64,000 nt of DNA from a virus. Taxonomy: Duplodnaviria > Heunggongvirae > Uroviricota > Caudoviricetes. This document shows, one piece after another, positions 8,523-17,970 of the stretch. The notes under the pieces were generated by a model. It did no database searches. It was not told where the DNA came from and saw only the letters and a list, made by a program, of their open reading frames with translations. The position numbers were made by a program, and so were the translations under genes. The stretch lies in IMG/VR virus record IMGVR_UViG_3300047189_000028, one strand, 5' to 3'. Each line of letters starts with the position of its first letter. The first letter of the stretch is position 1.

Positions 8523-8710
8523 CTGTGTGCCGCTCTATCCAGGATAGTGCTGGCAAGCTCATCTTCAGGCTTCAGAGCTTTGAACCGGCCGGTAAGCTCA
8601 GCCCGAACATGGTCCGGGAAGAACTTCGCAATGTCGGCTGCGGACATCTCTTCGACGACAATACTCGGTTCCTTCCGACGGTACGTGATGTTCCACTTCG
8701 GTTCAGCCAT
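8519..8710 (-). CDS. hypothetical protein (63 aa, MAEPKWNITYRR...)
   Basis: Start coupled (ATGGCTGA) to an upstream 41-aa membrane peptide ORF (8705..8828, AGGAGA RBS). Confidence 0.4.
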   Translation of the reverse strand: MAEPKWNITYRRKEPSIVVEEMSAADIAKFFPDHVRAELTGRFKALKPEDELASTILDRAAHS

Positions 8711-8837
8711 TGGGGCGTTTCCAATAGTTGCGGCTTGCCCACGCCTTGCCAATACTTTCGATTGCCTCAACGACGATGAGGACGATGAACAGAGTCATCC
8801 ACGGGTGGGCCATACACCAGGTAGTCATTCATTTCTC

Positions 8838-9257
8838 CTAGAGAGCGAGGCGGAGGCCGAGGCGGTAGTTGTGAACCGCATACCCGGTCTCAACACCTAT
8901 TGTAATGTATTCCCACGCCTTGATCAACCCCTTGGGTGCCCCACCATCAACCAGTTCATACGTAACGGCTGCGTGAAGCAGGTCGGTTGCGATGAAGTAG
9001 CCAACGACCTTGGCGTCTGATGGGTGCTTGCCGAGAATGAAGTTCGTTTCCTCGATCTTGCCAGGGTGGTGCTTGATATCAAGCGTCGTCAGCATGTCGA
9101 GGCCCGCGGCAGCGAAGTAGACGTACTCCTCCTTCGGCAGCGACTTCCAGAAGGGTTTGCACCACTGCGTGCACTTGGCTTCAGTGGTTTCGGTTTCCTG
9201 CGCCAGGGCAGCGGATGAGAAGGCAAGCAGCGCAAAAGCTGCGAGTAGATGCTTCAT
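8838..9257 (-). CDS. secreted/periplasmic protein with cleavable signal peptide (139 aa)
   Basis: MKHLLAAFALLAFSSAALAQ...; GGAGG RBS. Confidence 0.6.
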   Translation of the reverse strand: MKHLLAAFALLAFSSAALAQETETTEAKCTQWCKPFWKSLPKEEYVYFAAAGLDMLTTLDIKHHPGKIEETNFILGKHPSDAKVVGYFIATDLLHAAVTYELVDGGAPKGLIKAWEYITIGVETGYAVHNYRLGLRLAL

Positions 9258-9445
9258 TTGATTTCCTCCAAAAGTTCAATCGTGATGCGGACCCTGAAGG
9301 CGCGGTCGCCGAGGGTATTTCCTTTCGTAGCAGCCCGGGCGGCCTTCACCGTGATGATCTCCGGGAACTTGTGGTAGTCCTGGAAGAAGCCACCACGCTT
9401 CGTCATGATGACGGCCTTCTTCGAGTTGTCCAGAATGATGCTCAT
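9254..9445 (-). CDS. hypothetical protein (63 aa)
   Basis: ORF track; overlap coupling. Confidence 0.45.
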   Translation of the reverse strand: MSIILDNSKKAVIMTKRGGFFQDYHKFPEIITVKAARAATKGNTLGDRAFRVRITIELLEEIK

Positions 9446-10299
9446 GCGCGCCTCCGCAGTTGGGCGTAGTAAGTCGAAGCCGTGGTTTCCTTCATCCCGG
9501 CTTCCACGGCGCGGACGATGAACTGTCCACGGGTGAGGTGGCCGCCATACCGCGCCATGATCCCGACGGCGATGTCCTTGGAGCTCCGCGTGCCATCCAT
9601 AACCTTCTGCTTGAGCGCAGGCGGCAGCTTGCTCGGCGGAATGTGCTCGTCAGTGAACCGTACCGGGGTCTTCTGCTGAGCGGCCTCGCGCGCCTGTTCG
9701 TACGAGACCTGGCCGCGGTTCGCGATGAATCTGAGCTGACCGCGCTCACGACCGCAGCGCTTGCACGTGTAGAACGACTTGCCCGGGTTCATCAGCTCAT
9801 ACCGGCGCTGCTTGTTATGGCGCACGCTGCTGACAAACAGCGACTTGTTGCAGCACTTGCACTGGTACTCGAACTTCGTCTTGACGCGCACCTGGGCGTT
9901 CGTCGTGTCCATGTCGTGCGTGCGCTGCGGTTCCACACCGAAGATGTTCCGCATGATGTGCTTCCACGACGGGCCGTGAATGCTGCGCTTGGCGCGGCGC
10001 ATGCGGCCGTAGCGATCAAACCGGATGCCCTCGCTCTGGTTGTCACCATTCGCGGTGTCAATGCAGTGAGCGACTTCGTGGGCGATCGTCTCGCCGAAGT
10101 ATTCCTCGGGGTTCTCCATGAGGAGAATCGGGTTGAAGTCGACCGTATGCGTTCCCCGTGCAACGCCGGCCGTACGGCCGCGGAGGTCGAACTTGACGAG
10201 GGGAACGTTGTAGTGGCGGCCGGTCTTCTTCGTAGCCAAGGCAACGTAGCGCTTGACTTCGTTCTCGACGCGAGCTCGCATTTCAACTGGTACGTGCAT
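9442..10299 (-). CDS. SprT-like zinc metalloprotease with C-terminal zinc ribbon
   Basis: HEVAHC (HExxH) in the ETIAHEVAHCID context typical of SprT. CxxC...CxxC follows. GAGGAG RBS. Confidence 0.6.
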   Translation of the reverse strand: MHVPVEMRARVENEVKRYVALATKKTGRHYNVPLVKFDLRGRTAGVARGTHTVDFNPILLMENPEEYFGETIAHEVAHCIDTANGDNQSEGIRFDRYGRMRRAKRSIHGPSWKHIMRNIFGVEPQRTHDMDTTNAQVRVKTKFEYQCKCCNKSLFVSSVRHNKQRRYELMNPGKSFYTCKRCGRERGQLRFIANRGQVSYEQAREAAQQKTPVRFTDEHIPPSKLPPALKQKVMDGTRSSKDIAVGIMARYGGHLTRGQFIVRAVEAGMKETTASTYYAQLRRRA

Positions 10300-10364
10300 C
10301 TCTGTGCTCCTCTTGACGATGGAGACATTTTACCCCAAACCGGGGTCAACGCAACGGGTGTGTC

Positions 10365-10631
10365 CTACTGCTCCAGGACAAGAGCGAGGATTGGGCGATC
10401 GGTCTCTTCGTCGTGGATCTGAATGTAATCCACGCTTTCGCCCATGAAGTAGACGTCTTCGATCGTTAGGTTGTTCAGGAAGCCATTGGCGTTGAGAACA
10501 TCCAGGGTGAGCTGGTCATCCTCTGCGACGGCGAGATCGACGTCGATGCTGCCGACCTGGTGCTGGTCATTGACTTCCCAGCTACCGTTACGGTCCTGGA
10601 TCACATCGAGAGTGGTGACAGCGAATCGCAT
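10365..10631 (-). CDS. acidic hypothetical protein (88 aa)
   Basis: Internal ATG (MRFAVTT...) with AGGAGA RBS. Confidence 0.45.
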   Translation of the reverse strand: MRFAVTTLDVIQDRNGSWEVNDQHQVGSIDVDLAVAEDDQLTLDVLNANGFLNNLTIEDVYFMGESVDYIQIHDEETDRPILALVLEQ

Positions 10632-10687
10632 TTGAGTCTCCTGAAACGATGCGGGGAGGATACACCCTCCCCGCACCTGAGGTCAAC

Positions 10688-11746
10688 TCAGTTCAGCTTG
10701 CCGAAGAACGCCTTCTCGTGGTTGTCGAAGCTCGCATCACGCGGCTTGACAAAACGCGAAGCGTGCTGGGTCAGATCCTGATGGTTGAAGATGAAGTCAT
10801 TCGCCATCCGATCCAGGGCCAGTGCACTTGAACCTTCCGTCTCGCGCGTGTGCGTGCGGACCTCAGTGACGAGGTTGTACGCATCGAACAGTGAGAGATG
10901 GCCAGGAACCTGCGCACTCAGGCGCTTGTCCTTGAACACATTCTCACGATACACATTACCCATGTGCATCGACGGATCAGCCACCTGGATGATCGTACGA
11001 AGCTGGTCGTGCGCATCTTCACCCTGCATGGTCTGCTCGAAACGCTTACGAGCGTGGCTGGCAATCGCCTGAAGCTCACTCACCGTAGCGTACTGATCAC
11101 CCATGCCAGCGAGACGCTTCTTGACCATCCCATCGACCTTGTTCTGGATCTGAGCGTTCGCGATGTCGAGATGCTCCTCCCAGCGATTGATCAACGGGAT
11201 CTTCGTGTTCAGGAACGAAGTCACACCACGCATGCCGTTCTCACAGATCAGACGCCACAGCATGAACGCGCTGTTGACCGTCTTGACGAACGGGTTCCAT
11301 GAGAAGAGCAGTTCGGACTTGAACTCACCACCGTCGTTGTACTCAGGCACGACGATCTTCTGCTTCGACCACGACGTGCCGAGCGTGTAAGCGTGCGACG
11401 TCAGGTTGTCCTGAAGAGTCGTCGACAGCTCCTTCGCCTCGACAATGCCGATCACCTTGACGAGCTGCTTGATGCTCTCGTCTTCGTGAACGAAGCCAGC
11501 GTAGTTCCCGTAGCGGAAGTCAACCAGGACTCCCTCGACGAAGAAATACGTGCCACCACTCATCAGGGCTTCCAGCGCGCTGACATCCATCGTCTCGAGG
11601 TTCCGAGAAACCCGCGACTCCGGATCGAACACGTGCTTGTAGGTGTTGTTGACGACGATCGTCGCAACAGGAAAGTTCTTCGAGTTCCTCGAAGCCGTAA
11701 CGCGCACCTTCGCGTTACGAATCAGCTCATACCGTAACTTATGCAT
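10688..11746 (-). CDS. hypothetical protein (352 aa)
   Basis: Internal ATG (MHKLRYELIRN...) with GAGGAG RBS, downstream of the promoter at 11802..11830. Confidence 0.55.
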   Translation of the reverse strand: MHKLRYELIRNAKVRVTASRNSKNFPVATIVVNNTYKHVFDPESRVSRNLETMDVSALEALMSGGTYFFVEGVLVDFRYGNYAGFVHEDESIKQLVKVIGIVEAKELSTTLQDNLTSHAYTLGTSWSKQKIVVPEYNDGGEFKSELLFSWNPFVKTVNSAFMLWRLICENGMRGVTSFLNTKIPLINRWEEHLDIANAQIQNKVDGMVKKRLAGMGDQYATVSELQAIASHARKRFEQTMQGEDAHDQLRTIIQVADPSMHMGNVYRENVFKDKRLSAQVPGHLSLFDAYNLVTEVRTHTRETEGSSALALDRMANDFIFNHQDLTQHASRFVKPRDASFDNHEKAFFGKLN

Positions 11747-11801
11747 TTGAACTCCTCGTGTGCTGCCACAGCACGTTGGTTTAGATTCATCTGACCAGGA
11801 G

Positions 11802-11830
11802 AGTATCCCAGATCTGACCCTAGAGGTCAA
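11802..11830 (-). promoter_or_regulatory. sigma70-like promoter TTGACC-N17-GATACT
   Basis: rc: TTGACCtctagggtcagatctggGATACT. Confidence 0.45.
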
Positions 11831-11833
11831 CGC

Positions 11834-12061
11834 CTACAGTTTGTCCCTGAGGAGCAGATTGAGGTCGGCCAAAGCGTCCGTATTAACGATAAGGTCGGCG
11901 ATCGCCTCAGCATCTTCCCTGCTGAGTATGAGATCGTATTGATCGATCTTCTTGCGAATCAGTGCAGCAGTATCGACCACGAGGTCCGCAGTGATTGCGT
12001 CCTCCTCAGCTTCGTGGTACGTGCCGTCCTTTGCCTTCCACATTGTGATTCGTTCAGCCAT
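11834..12061 (-). CDS. hypothetical protein (75 aa)
   Basis: ORF track. Confidence 0.45.
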   Translation of the reverse strand: MAERITMWKAKDGTYHEAEEDAITADLVVDTAALIRKKIDQYDLILSREDAEAIADLIVNTDALADLNLLLRDKL

Positions 12062-12062
12062 G

Positions 12063-13262
12063 TCAGACTCCTATTGCGTCTCGAACGGGACCAGTCTCGC
12101 CATTTTCAGCTTCGCGGGCAAGACGACTGGCCTTGAGAAAGTCGTCCAGCGACAACGTCTTGATCTGAGCCTTCGCCTCAGCTAGCGTCATTCTCTTGAC
12201 CGAAGTCAAGTCCTGACCACTCTTGAAGATCGACTCAGGCTTGAATGCACCCTTACGATACACACCCTTCGTCGTCAAGTGCTTCAGAAGAGTCCGAAGC
12301 GCGATGTACGAGTCCAGCGTCTCAACACGACGAGTCATTCCGATTAGCCAAGCGATGGCGATCGTAAACTTCAAGCCAGTGTCGAATGTCTGCTTCACTT
12401 CGTTCGCGATGTTCGGCAGGTTGACAGTGCGAAGCTGAATCATCATGTCGTCGAGGCCAAGCGGCTCAATCGAATCGTAGCCGAACACATCAGACAACAC
12501 ACGACCAGCTTTCAGTGCGAATCCAAGATTGACGCACAGATGGTCGTCGACCTTGTCGAATTGAGTTTTGTCAGCTTCCTGGTGAATGTACGTGACCGAC
12601 GAATCATTCTCGACCTCGTCGTCGTTGCGAGTATCACCCTTCGCAGTCAACTGACGCTGGCCGATGTTGGTGAGCGTCTTCCAGATCGGCGGAGTCAATG
12701 CCATCTCACCAGTCTTCGGATAGAACGCAAGACATACTCGCTGTTCAAGTTCAGGCTTGTCGCCGAGAGCTGCGAGCTTGATCGCTTCGACCTTGACCTG
12801 GCGAAACTTCTTGTCACTTGACAGGACCTCAGCTTCTTTGAGGTTCTCTTCCGAAACGTGATACACGTATGAGCCATCGATGTACCAGTTACGATCCATC
12901 ATCAAGCTCTTGAGAATCTTGTCGGAGTTGACTTGTGAATCCGACTGCCACGTCACCTCGCCGAAAAGACCTTCCGTCTTCTCGCGACCGAGATTGCCGA
13001 GTGGATGACGTTCGAGACACACGACGTGGTCTTCGTAGAACGTCACAGCAGTGAGGACAGGCTTGATGTACTTCGTGATCCGATACTTCTTTGCGAAGTG
13101 CCGAGTGAGGTGGTACGGAATTCGGATCTTGCCGAACACTTCCTTGCCAGCCTGCTTGGAACGCTTGTCATCCAGGAACGTCAGCATGCCACCAAGAGCA
13201 CCACTGACCATCTTGATCTGCATGTGTTTCGTCACGAGCTTGGTAGCGTCGAACCGAATCAT
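12063..13262 (-). CDS. hypothetical protein (399 aa)
   Basis: ORF track; GGAGAGG RBS. Confidence 0.55.
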   Translation of the reverse strand: MIRFDATKLVTKHMQIKMVSGALGGMLTFLDDKRSKQAGKEVFGKIRIPYHLTRHFAKKYRITKYIKPVLTAVTFYEDHVVCLERHPLGNLGREKTEGLFGEVTWQSDSQVNSDKILKSLMMDRNWYIDGSYVYHVSEENLKEAEVLSSDKKFRQVKVEAIKLAALGDKPELEQRVCLAFYPKTGEMALTPPIWKTLTNIGQRQLTAKGDTRNDDEVENDSSVTYIHQEADKTQFDKVDDHLCVNLGFALKAGRVLSDVFGYDSIEPLGLDDMMIQLRTVNLPNIANEVKQTFDTGLKFTIAIAWLIGMTRRVETLDSYIALRTLLKHLTTKGVYRKGAFKPESIFKSGQDLTSVKRMTLAEAKAQIKTLSLDDFLKASRLAREAENGETGPVRDAIGV

Positions 13263-13331
13263 TAGTATATCCTCTCCGTTACTGTAGGAGCATCTTAGTT
13301 GAAATCGCGATCAGGGTCTAGCGTGTCACCG

Positions 13332-13577
13332 TTACTGTGACAGTGAACTCCTGGTGATTTTAACGCGAATGTTGCCGGTGGTATCAAATTCACCACCTGG
13401 TTCAACATTTAAGCCAAAACAGTAGGCTGTGTGTAGCGCAGATTTGATCTGTGCAATCACTTGCTGTTTGGCCTTCTGATCCTTTTTGCTCGTTCCATAC
13501 GAGAAGAACGGCACAGCGACGTCGATCTTGACGTTGACCACCGTTGCCTTATCTTTCTTGGGTTGATACTTCTTCAT
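13332..13577 (-). CDS. hypothetical protein (81 aa)
   Basis: ORF track. Confidence 0.45.
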   Translation of the reverse strand: MKKYQPKKDKATVVNVKIDVAVPFFSYGTSKKDQKAKQQVIAQIKSALHTAYCFGLNVEPGGEFDTTGNIRVKITRSSLSQ

Positions 13578-13600
13578 GATCGTCTCCGTACGTTATCAGG

Positions 13601-14749
13601 TTAGCGTCTGACCGGCGGGCCTCGAACGATCGTGTGTTCGACTTTCATCTCGTTGTGGTGGCTGACATAATCGAACTCCTGTTCGATCCAGTCACCGTGT
13701 CGCTTTGAGATCAACCGATGTCTCTCTGGAGTGCCGACAACGACAGTTGTGTCGAGGTTTCGACCACTGAGAGGGTTGACAAGCTCCCACACGCGACAAT
13801 CGCTGTCCGGACGTGAAGCACGACCAATCACCTGGTTCAGTTGTGGATACGAACCATACGACCTGCCGAGGAAGACATCAGTGCAGCCCTTAACATCAAC
13901 GCCCTCATTGATCTTGTTGCAGTTCAGCAGGAACTGGATCTCACCACGACTGAAGCGATTCAACGTCTCATCCAACTCTTTGTTGGATTGAGTTAGGATT
14001 GCGATGGATTTCTTCTTCATCTTCGAGAGGTACTCGTTGACTTCAACGACTTCCTTCTTCGTGCGGAAGAACATCATCGTCTGACCGAACTCGTTGCCGA
14101 ATCGGTCAAGGATCATCTTCGTCACAGGAACCTTATCCTGGTGAGGAGTGTCAACGATTGTGTTCAGATACGTCGGAGCCAACCAGCCTTCAGCGACACA
14201 CTGTTCGCGACTGATCGGAGCGACAATCGACTCGAACTTAATCAGCATGCCGTCTGCACGATCAGGAGTCGCAGTCAGGCCGAGAATCGGCTTCTTGCCG
14301 AGTCGGTCCAAGCGGAACTGAATCGTCTGCATTGCCTCGTGGTGTGCTTCATCGATACAAGCGACGTCCCACACGAGACCTTTCGGAATGTCCTGAAATG
14401 CTGAGTGAGCGAAGAACTTGACGTTCGACGCATCAGCGTACGCTTCTTCAGCCTGAGTCAACAGTCTGTGCTTGTGAGCGACAAACAGAAGACGAAGGTC
14501 CTTGCCAGGCTTGATTCCAAGCGCTTTGCGAATCCGATCGGACGAAAAGATCAGACCAGACGTGACAGTCTTGCCAGCGCCAGTCGGCAGTTCGACGAGG
14601 ATACGCTTGACACCACGTTCGAGAGCGTCTTCCACCTGATTGCAGGCAGCCTTCTGGTACCAGCGAATCTCCTTCTCGCCGTACATGATGACTTCGTCTT
14701 CACCACCATCAATGGCTTCGAAGTCTTCATTCTCGATTTCCTGGCTCAT
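13601..14749 (-). CDS. SF2 DEAD/DEAH-box helicase
   Basis: Walker A ELPTGAGKT, DEAH box IDEAHH, and motif LGLTATP. Start at the MSQEIEN ATG (GGGAGA 6 nt upstream). Confidence 0.7.
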   Translation of the reverse strand: MSQEIENEDFEAIDGGEDEVIMYGEKEIRWYQKAACNQVEDALERGVKRILVELPTGAGKTVTSGLIFSSDRIRKALGIKPGKDLRLLFVAHKHRLLTQAEEAYADASNVKFFAHSAFQDIPKGLVWDVACIDEAHHEAMQTIQFRLDRLGKKPILGLTATPDRADGMLIKFESIVAPISREQCVAEGWLAPTYLNTIVDTPHQDKVPVTKMILDRFGNEFGQTMMFFRTKKEVVEVNEYLSKMKKKSIAILTQSNKELDETLNRFSRGEIQFLLNCNKINEGVDVKGCTDVFLGRSYGSYPQLNQVIGRASRPDSDCRVWELVNPLSGRNLDTTVVVGTPERHRLISKRHGDWIEQEFDYVSHHNEMKVEHTIVRGPPVRR

Positions 14750-14773
14750 TAACATCTCTCCCGTTTGACGATA

Positions 14774-14802
14774 GTGGGATTATACTGGGATTCGAGTTGG
14801 AT
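14774..14802. repeat. phased heptamer array GTGGGAT-CTGGGAT-GTTGGAT (11-bp spacing) just upstream of the helicase start
   Basis: Read directly. Confidence 0.8.
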
Positions 14803-14815
14803 GCAACCGTCTGCC

Positions 14816-15100
14816 CTACTGGAGCGGGACCTCGTGGATCACCCACCAATCGTTCGGAAACTCGTAGCTGGTGTTGCGCAGGTTGACCTGGACGACAGGC
14901 GAACCCGCCTCCTTGAAGTCGACCTCGGTGATCTCGTACTGCTCTTCGGGATCATCCGCGGCATGCTCTGCAGCACATGCCTTGGCATGTGCGATTGCCT
15001 TGTCCCGCGTAGTGAACGCAGCACAGAAGCTATCGTGGAGGTCTGAGCAGCCGTACTCGATGATCCAGATAGTGGGATGCGAGTGGGATTCAGTAGTCAT
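14816..15100 (-). CDS. hypothetical protein (94 aa)
   Basis: Start MTTESHSHPTIW. The GTGGGAT repeats fall in codons 4-10; no alternative in-frame ATG. Confidence 0.4.
   Translation of the reverse strand: MTTESHSHPTIWIIEYGCSDLHDSFCAAFTTRDKAIAHAKACAAEHAADDPEEQYEITEVDFKEAGSPVVQVNLRNTSYEFPNDWWVIHEVPLQ
15071..15088. repeat. two phased GTGGGAT heptamers
   Basis: Read directly. Confidence 0.8.
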
Positions 15101-15322
15101 TGTTTTCTGCCCAGTTGCGGATGCCTTGCTGATCTCGCTCGTTGATCTCGCGGATCTCACCACCGACCTCGATTCCACCGTTCCACTCGATGAACGTCAG
15201 GGAGTTGCAGTACTCCTTTCGGTCCACCTTGATGGAGACATGGCACCACGTCGAGCCGTCCGACTCGGTCCCGAGGACCAGGTCGTAGTGCCTGTACTTG
15301 CCAGCGACTTCCTTGACTGTCA
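15090..15322 (-). CDS. hypothetical protein (77 aa, MTVKEVAGKYRHY...)
   Basis: Start ATG at 15322, immediately 3' of three ATCCCAC repeats in the mRNA sense. Confidence 0.45.
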
Positions 15323-15324
15323 TA

Positions 15325-15353
15325 GTGGGATCCTTGTGGGATGTGAGTGGGAT
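15325..15353. repeat. three phased GTGGGAT heptamers (11-bp spacing)
   Basis: Read directly. Confidence 0.85.
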
Positions 15354-15820
15354 CAGCGCGACATCGCGCGGAATTCCTTGAGCAGGTCCGCGCAAACATC
15401 CGCCCGTTCGAGGTTCTTCTCAACGGCCTCACGGATCTCCACGAGCTGGGCAGGAGTGGCACCGTTGGCGTACTTCTTGTCGTAGAACACCTCAGTGACA
15501 GCCTCATTGACCTGGTCGTTGAGGAAGTCCAGGCCCTTGTCGATCACCTCGATGCCTGTGGCGTCGAAGTAAATCGTCTCACCGACCTTCGCCTTCAGCT
15601 CTTTCGCGGCGATGACGAACCGCGTGGCGAACCCAACGCGACGGTTCATGTCCACGATGTCAGCGAGCGTCTCGTCACGGCGCGCCTGAGACACTTTGCA
15701 TGTGATGCTCTGGGCGAGTTCGACAATCATGTCGCCTTCGAAATCCCTGACGAACTCAACGGCCTCGATGAGCAACGCGATCGCAATGGGCGAACGCGGC
15801 GTGTACTGAGCACTACGCAT
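15353..15820 (-). CDS. hypothetical protein (155 aa)
   Basis: Internal ATG (MRSAQYTPRS...) with CAGGAGACAGCT RBS; first gene after the promoter at 15849..15876. Confidence 0.5.
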   Translation of the reverse strand: MRSAQYTPRSPIAIALLIEAVEFVRDFEGDMIVELAQSITCKVSQARRDETLADIVDMNRRVGFATRFVIAAKELKAKVGETIYFDATGIEVIDKGLDFLNDQVNEAVTEVFYDKKYANGATPAQLVEIREAVEKNLERADVCADLLKEFRAMSR

Positions 15821-15848
15821 AGCTGTCTCCTGTGTTAACGATTCGAGC

Positions 15849-15876
15849 AGTATACACGTCACCCTATTGAGGTCAA
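15849..15876 (-). promoter_or_regulatory. sigma70-like promoter TTGACC-N16-TATACT
   Basis: rc: TTGACCtcaatagggtgacgtgTATACT. Confidence 0.45.
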
Positions 15877-15889
15877 CGGCTAGTCCATA

Positions 15890-15950
15890 AGGAATTTTAG
15901 ACAACGTTCCGGGACTTGCTGGGCCACCGCGTCTCCGCGACTTCGAAGCC
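15890..15950. other. conserved intergenic element copy B (AATTTTAGACAACGTTCCGGGACTTGCTGGGC...)
   Basis: Near-identical to 7683..7750. Confidence 0.7.
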
Positions 15951-16045
15951 ATTATCGCGTTTTGGCTGGTACAGCTCAACGCCTCACCCGACAGGTTGAC
16001 CTCGAGTCTATAATCATTATGATGGCACCAACTTTCGGAGGCTCT

Positions 16046-16513
16046 ATGAACTTTGGACGCTGCAATCTTCCCTTCTCGACAATCGCTGGTATGGACAAGG
16101 CTATCGCATTCCTGCTGAGCCTTCCCAAGCCGACGCGTGGCTATCGCAGTTCGTACGCTGAAGAGTCTCCGACATACATCAAGGCCGACAAAGACCTCAT
16201 CTGCTCTGACTTCAACATCAAGGCGGACAAATGGGTTCGCCTTGTTCAGGACGCCCTCGACCATGCTGGTATCAAATACGAGCCAGTAGAGTCGCTGAAG
16301 TCAGGGCAATACACCAACGACGTGTTCATGATCGGTGACTACGCTGTATATGTGTGTTGCCTCAAGCGTGGTGGCAGAGGTGTCCTTGTTTGCGACAAGC
16401 AGCATGTCGCTTACATGCGTGATGATGACAAGACGACTCGTGCCAAGACCTCTGAGCGCGCGAAGGTCCTCTCGACACTCACCATTGAACAGAGACGCGC
16501 GTTGGGCATATAA
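16046..16513 (+). CDS. hypothetical protein (155 aa)
   Basis: ATG with GGAGGCTCT RBS; first gene of the plus-strand block. Confidence 0.5.
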   Translation: MNFGRCNLPFSTIAGMDKAIAFLLSLPKPTRGYRSSYAEESPTYIKADKDLICSDFNIKADKWVRLVQDALDHAGIKYEPVESLKSGQYTNDVFMIGDYAVYVCCLKRGGRGVLVCDKQHVAYMRDDDKTTRAKTSERAKVLSTLTIEQRRALGI

Positions 16514-16539
16514 TGCCTACACTGGTTCAGGAGAAGCAA

Positions 16540-16752
16540 ATGCCCGACTACCGCAAACCGATTCACTTTCGCAAGACGGATACCGATCCTCAGGTCGATA
16601 ACCGCGTCGGCGCAGTGCTTCAGTTCGAGTCGACCGATCGCGCACGCATCCAGGCCTGGCTTGACCGCGCTGCGGCAGCTGGCATCATCAAGAAGACGGT
16701 TGCCCGGCAGTACGATGCCAACATGGGCGGACCGGTTTGGTACATCCCGTAA
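16540..16752 (+). CDS. hypothetical protein (70 aa)
   Basis: Conserved leader GTTCAGGAGAAGCAAATG. Confidence 0.5.
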   Translation: MPDYRKPIHFRKTDTDPQVDNRVGAVLQFESTDRARIQAWLDRAAAAGIIKKTVARQYDANMGGPVWYIP

Positions 16753-16761
16753 GGAGTTGAC

Positions 16762-17184
16762 ATGAAGCACGCAACGATCCTCTCTCTTCGCGCCGCTACG
16801 GAGACGCAGCTGGCAGCAATTGCCCTGAAGATGGCCGAGGTGCACCCGACGACGTTCGAGAAGCTGCTCGTCGAGACCGTCGCGTTGACGCCGCCGCTTC
16901 GCACGTTCAACGTGAAGTGGGGTAATGACGCGTTCCAGGGGTTCGACGCCCACCTGACGAATGATCAGCTCCGCAAGTTCGCCGCGCGCAATGGCCCGAA
17001 CGACAAGGTCACGTGCATCAAGATGATTCGCGAAGAGCTCGGTATTGGTCTGAAGGAGGCGAAGGAGCTCAGCGAGAACCTCGAGTTCATGAAGGCGATC
17101 AACGCCGGCTGGATTTACCCCGGGACGAGCCAGACAATCGATGGCCGCTCGTACGAAGCCGTCTACGGCCACAGCCGTTACTAA
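16762..17184 (+). CDS. protein with ribosomal L7/L12 C-terminal-domain-like segment
   Basis: VTCIKMIREELGIGLKEAKELSENLEF closely parallels the bL12 CTD ([27 protein letters not shown]). Confidence 0.5.
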   Translation: MKHATILSLRAATETQLAAIALKMAEVHPTTFEKLLVETVALTPPLRTFNVKWGNDAFQGFDAHLTNDQLRKFAARNGPNDKVTCIKMIREELGIGLKEAKELSENLEFMKAINAGWIYPGTSQTIDGRSYEAVYGHSRY

Positions 17185-17211
17185 ACACAACAGAAGAGAA
17201 GGGAAACGACA

Positions 17212-17913
17212 ATGGTAGAATTCAACACGCCGATCACTCCTGAGCAGAAAGCATTTCTCGCTGCCAACAAGGAAGAACTCTGTCAGAAGGACAGTGGAAA
17301 GGCCATATGGCAGAACAGAGTGAAGAAGGCGGGCGAGGCATATGCCATTGCCAAGACGATACACGGCGAAACGAGCACGCACACGCTTGTCGCCAAGACC
17401 GCAGAAGACGAAGATGATGATGTTGATTCGACATTCCCCGACTGGCCGACATACCGGGATAATTTCATCCTGGACTGGATCGGAAGCCGGATCGTAGTAA
17501 CTGATAAGGAGGCTGACATGATTTTCGATCGTACCGCTGATGAGGCGCTCGCTGCTATCGAGCAGGGCGAGCAGAACCAGGCCGACGCTGATGCGCCGGT
17601 GGTTGACCCCGCACCGACTGTTGTGACTGTCACGATGGGTGATGTCCCGGCTGTCAAGCGTCGGGGCCGTCCGCCGGGCAGTGGCAAGAAGAGCGCGACT
17701 GGCGTCGTCAAGGCGACCAAGACCGTGAAGACGAAGACTCGCAAGGTCGCTGCGAAGAAGAAGAGCGGTGGCTCGGCTTCGGCGAAGGCGCAGGCGATCA
17801 TCGAGAAGTACGGCTCACGTGACTGGTCCCGCAAGGACATCATCACGAAGCTGCAGAATCAGCTCGGAATGGGTGCCGCGTACGCCGCGACTCTGTACCA
17901 GAAGTTCGCCTGA
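17212..17913 (+). CDS. AT-hook protein (RRGRPPGSGKK) with family-specific C-terminal domain
   Basis: AT-hook GRP motif. The C-terminus (KDIITKLQNQLGMGAAYAATLYQKFA) is shared with 18825..19379 and 28943..29332. Confidence 0.5.
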   Translation: MVEFNTPITPEQKAFLAANKEELCQKDSGKAIWQNRVKKAGEAYAIAKTIHGETSTHTLVAKTAEDEDDDVDSTFPDWPTYRDNFILDWIGSRIVVTDKEADMIFDRTADEALAAIEQGEQNQADADAPVVDPAPTVVTVTMGDVPAVKRRGRPPGSGKKSATGVVKATKTVKTKTRKVAAKKKSGGSASAKAQAIIEKYGSRDWSRKDIITKLQNQLGMGAAYAATLYQKFA

Positions 17914-17970
17914 CCGTGGAACTGAAGAGTGGGGAGGGGTAACCTCTCCCCACTTGTTCAGGAGAAGCAA

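Noticed and set aside
10327-10356. Possible promoter upstream of the SprT-like gene (GGGGTAAAAT with TTGACC).
   Set aside because: The -35 to -10 spacing is only 11-12 bp for the TTGACC box. The alternative -35 is poor, so it was not annotated.
9460-10422. Long plus ORF (320 aa), and 9792..10349 minus (185 aa, Ser/Thr/Arg-rich).
   Set aside because: Antisense or out-of-frame to the SprT-like gene. The low-complexity composition is typical of GC-rich shadow ORFs, and there is no RBS.
16411-17382. 323-aa minus ORF.
   Set aside because: Antisense to four well-supported plus genes with strong RBSs. Arg/Leu-rich shadow ORF.
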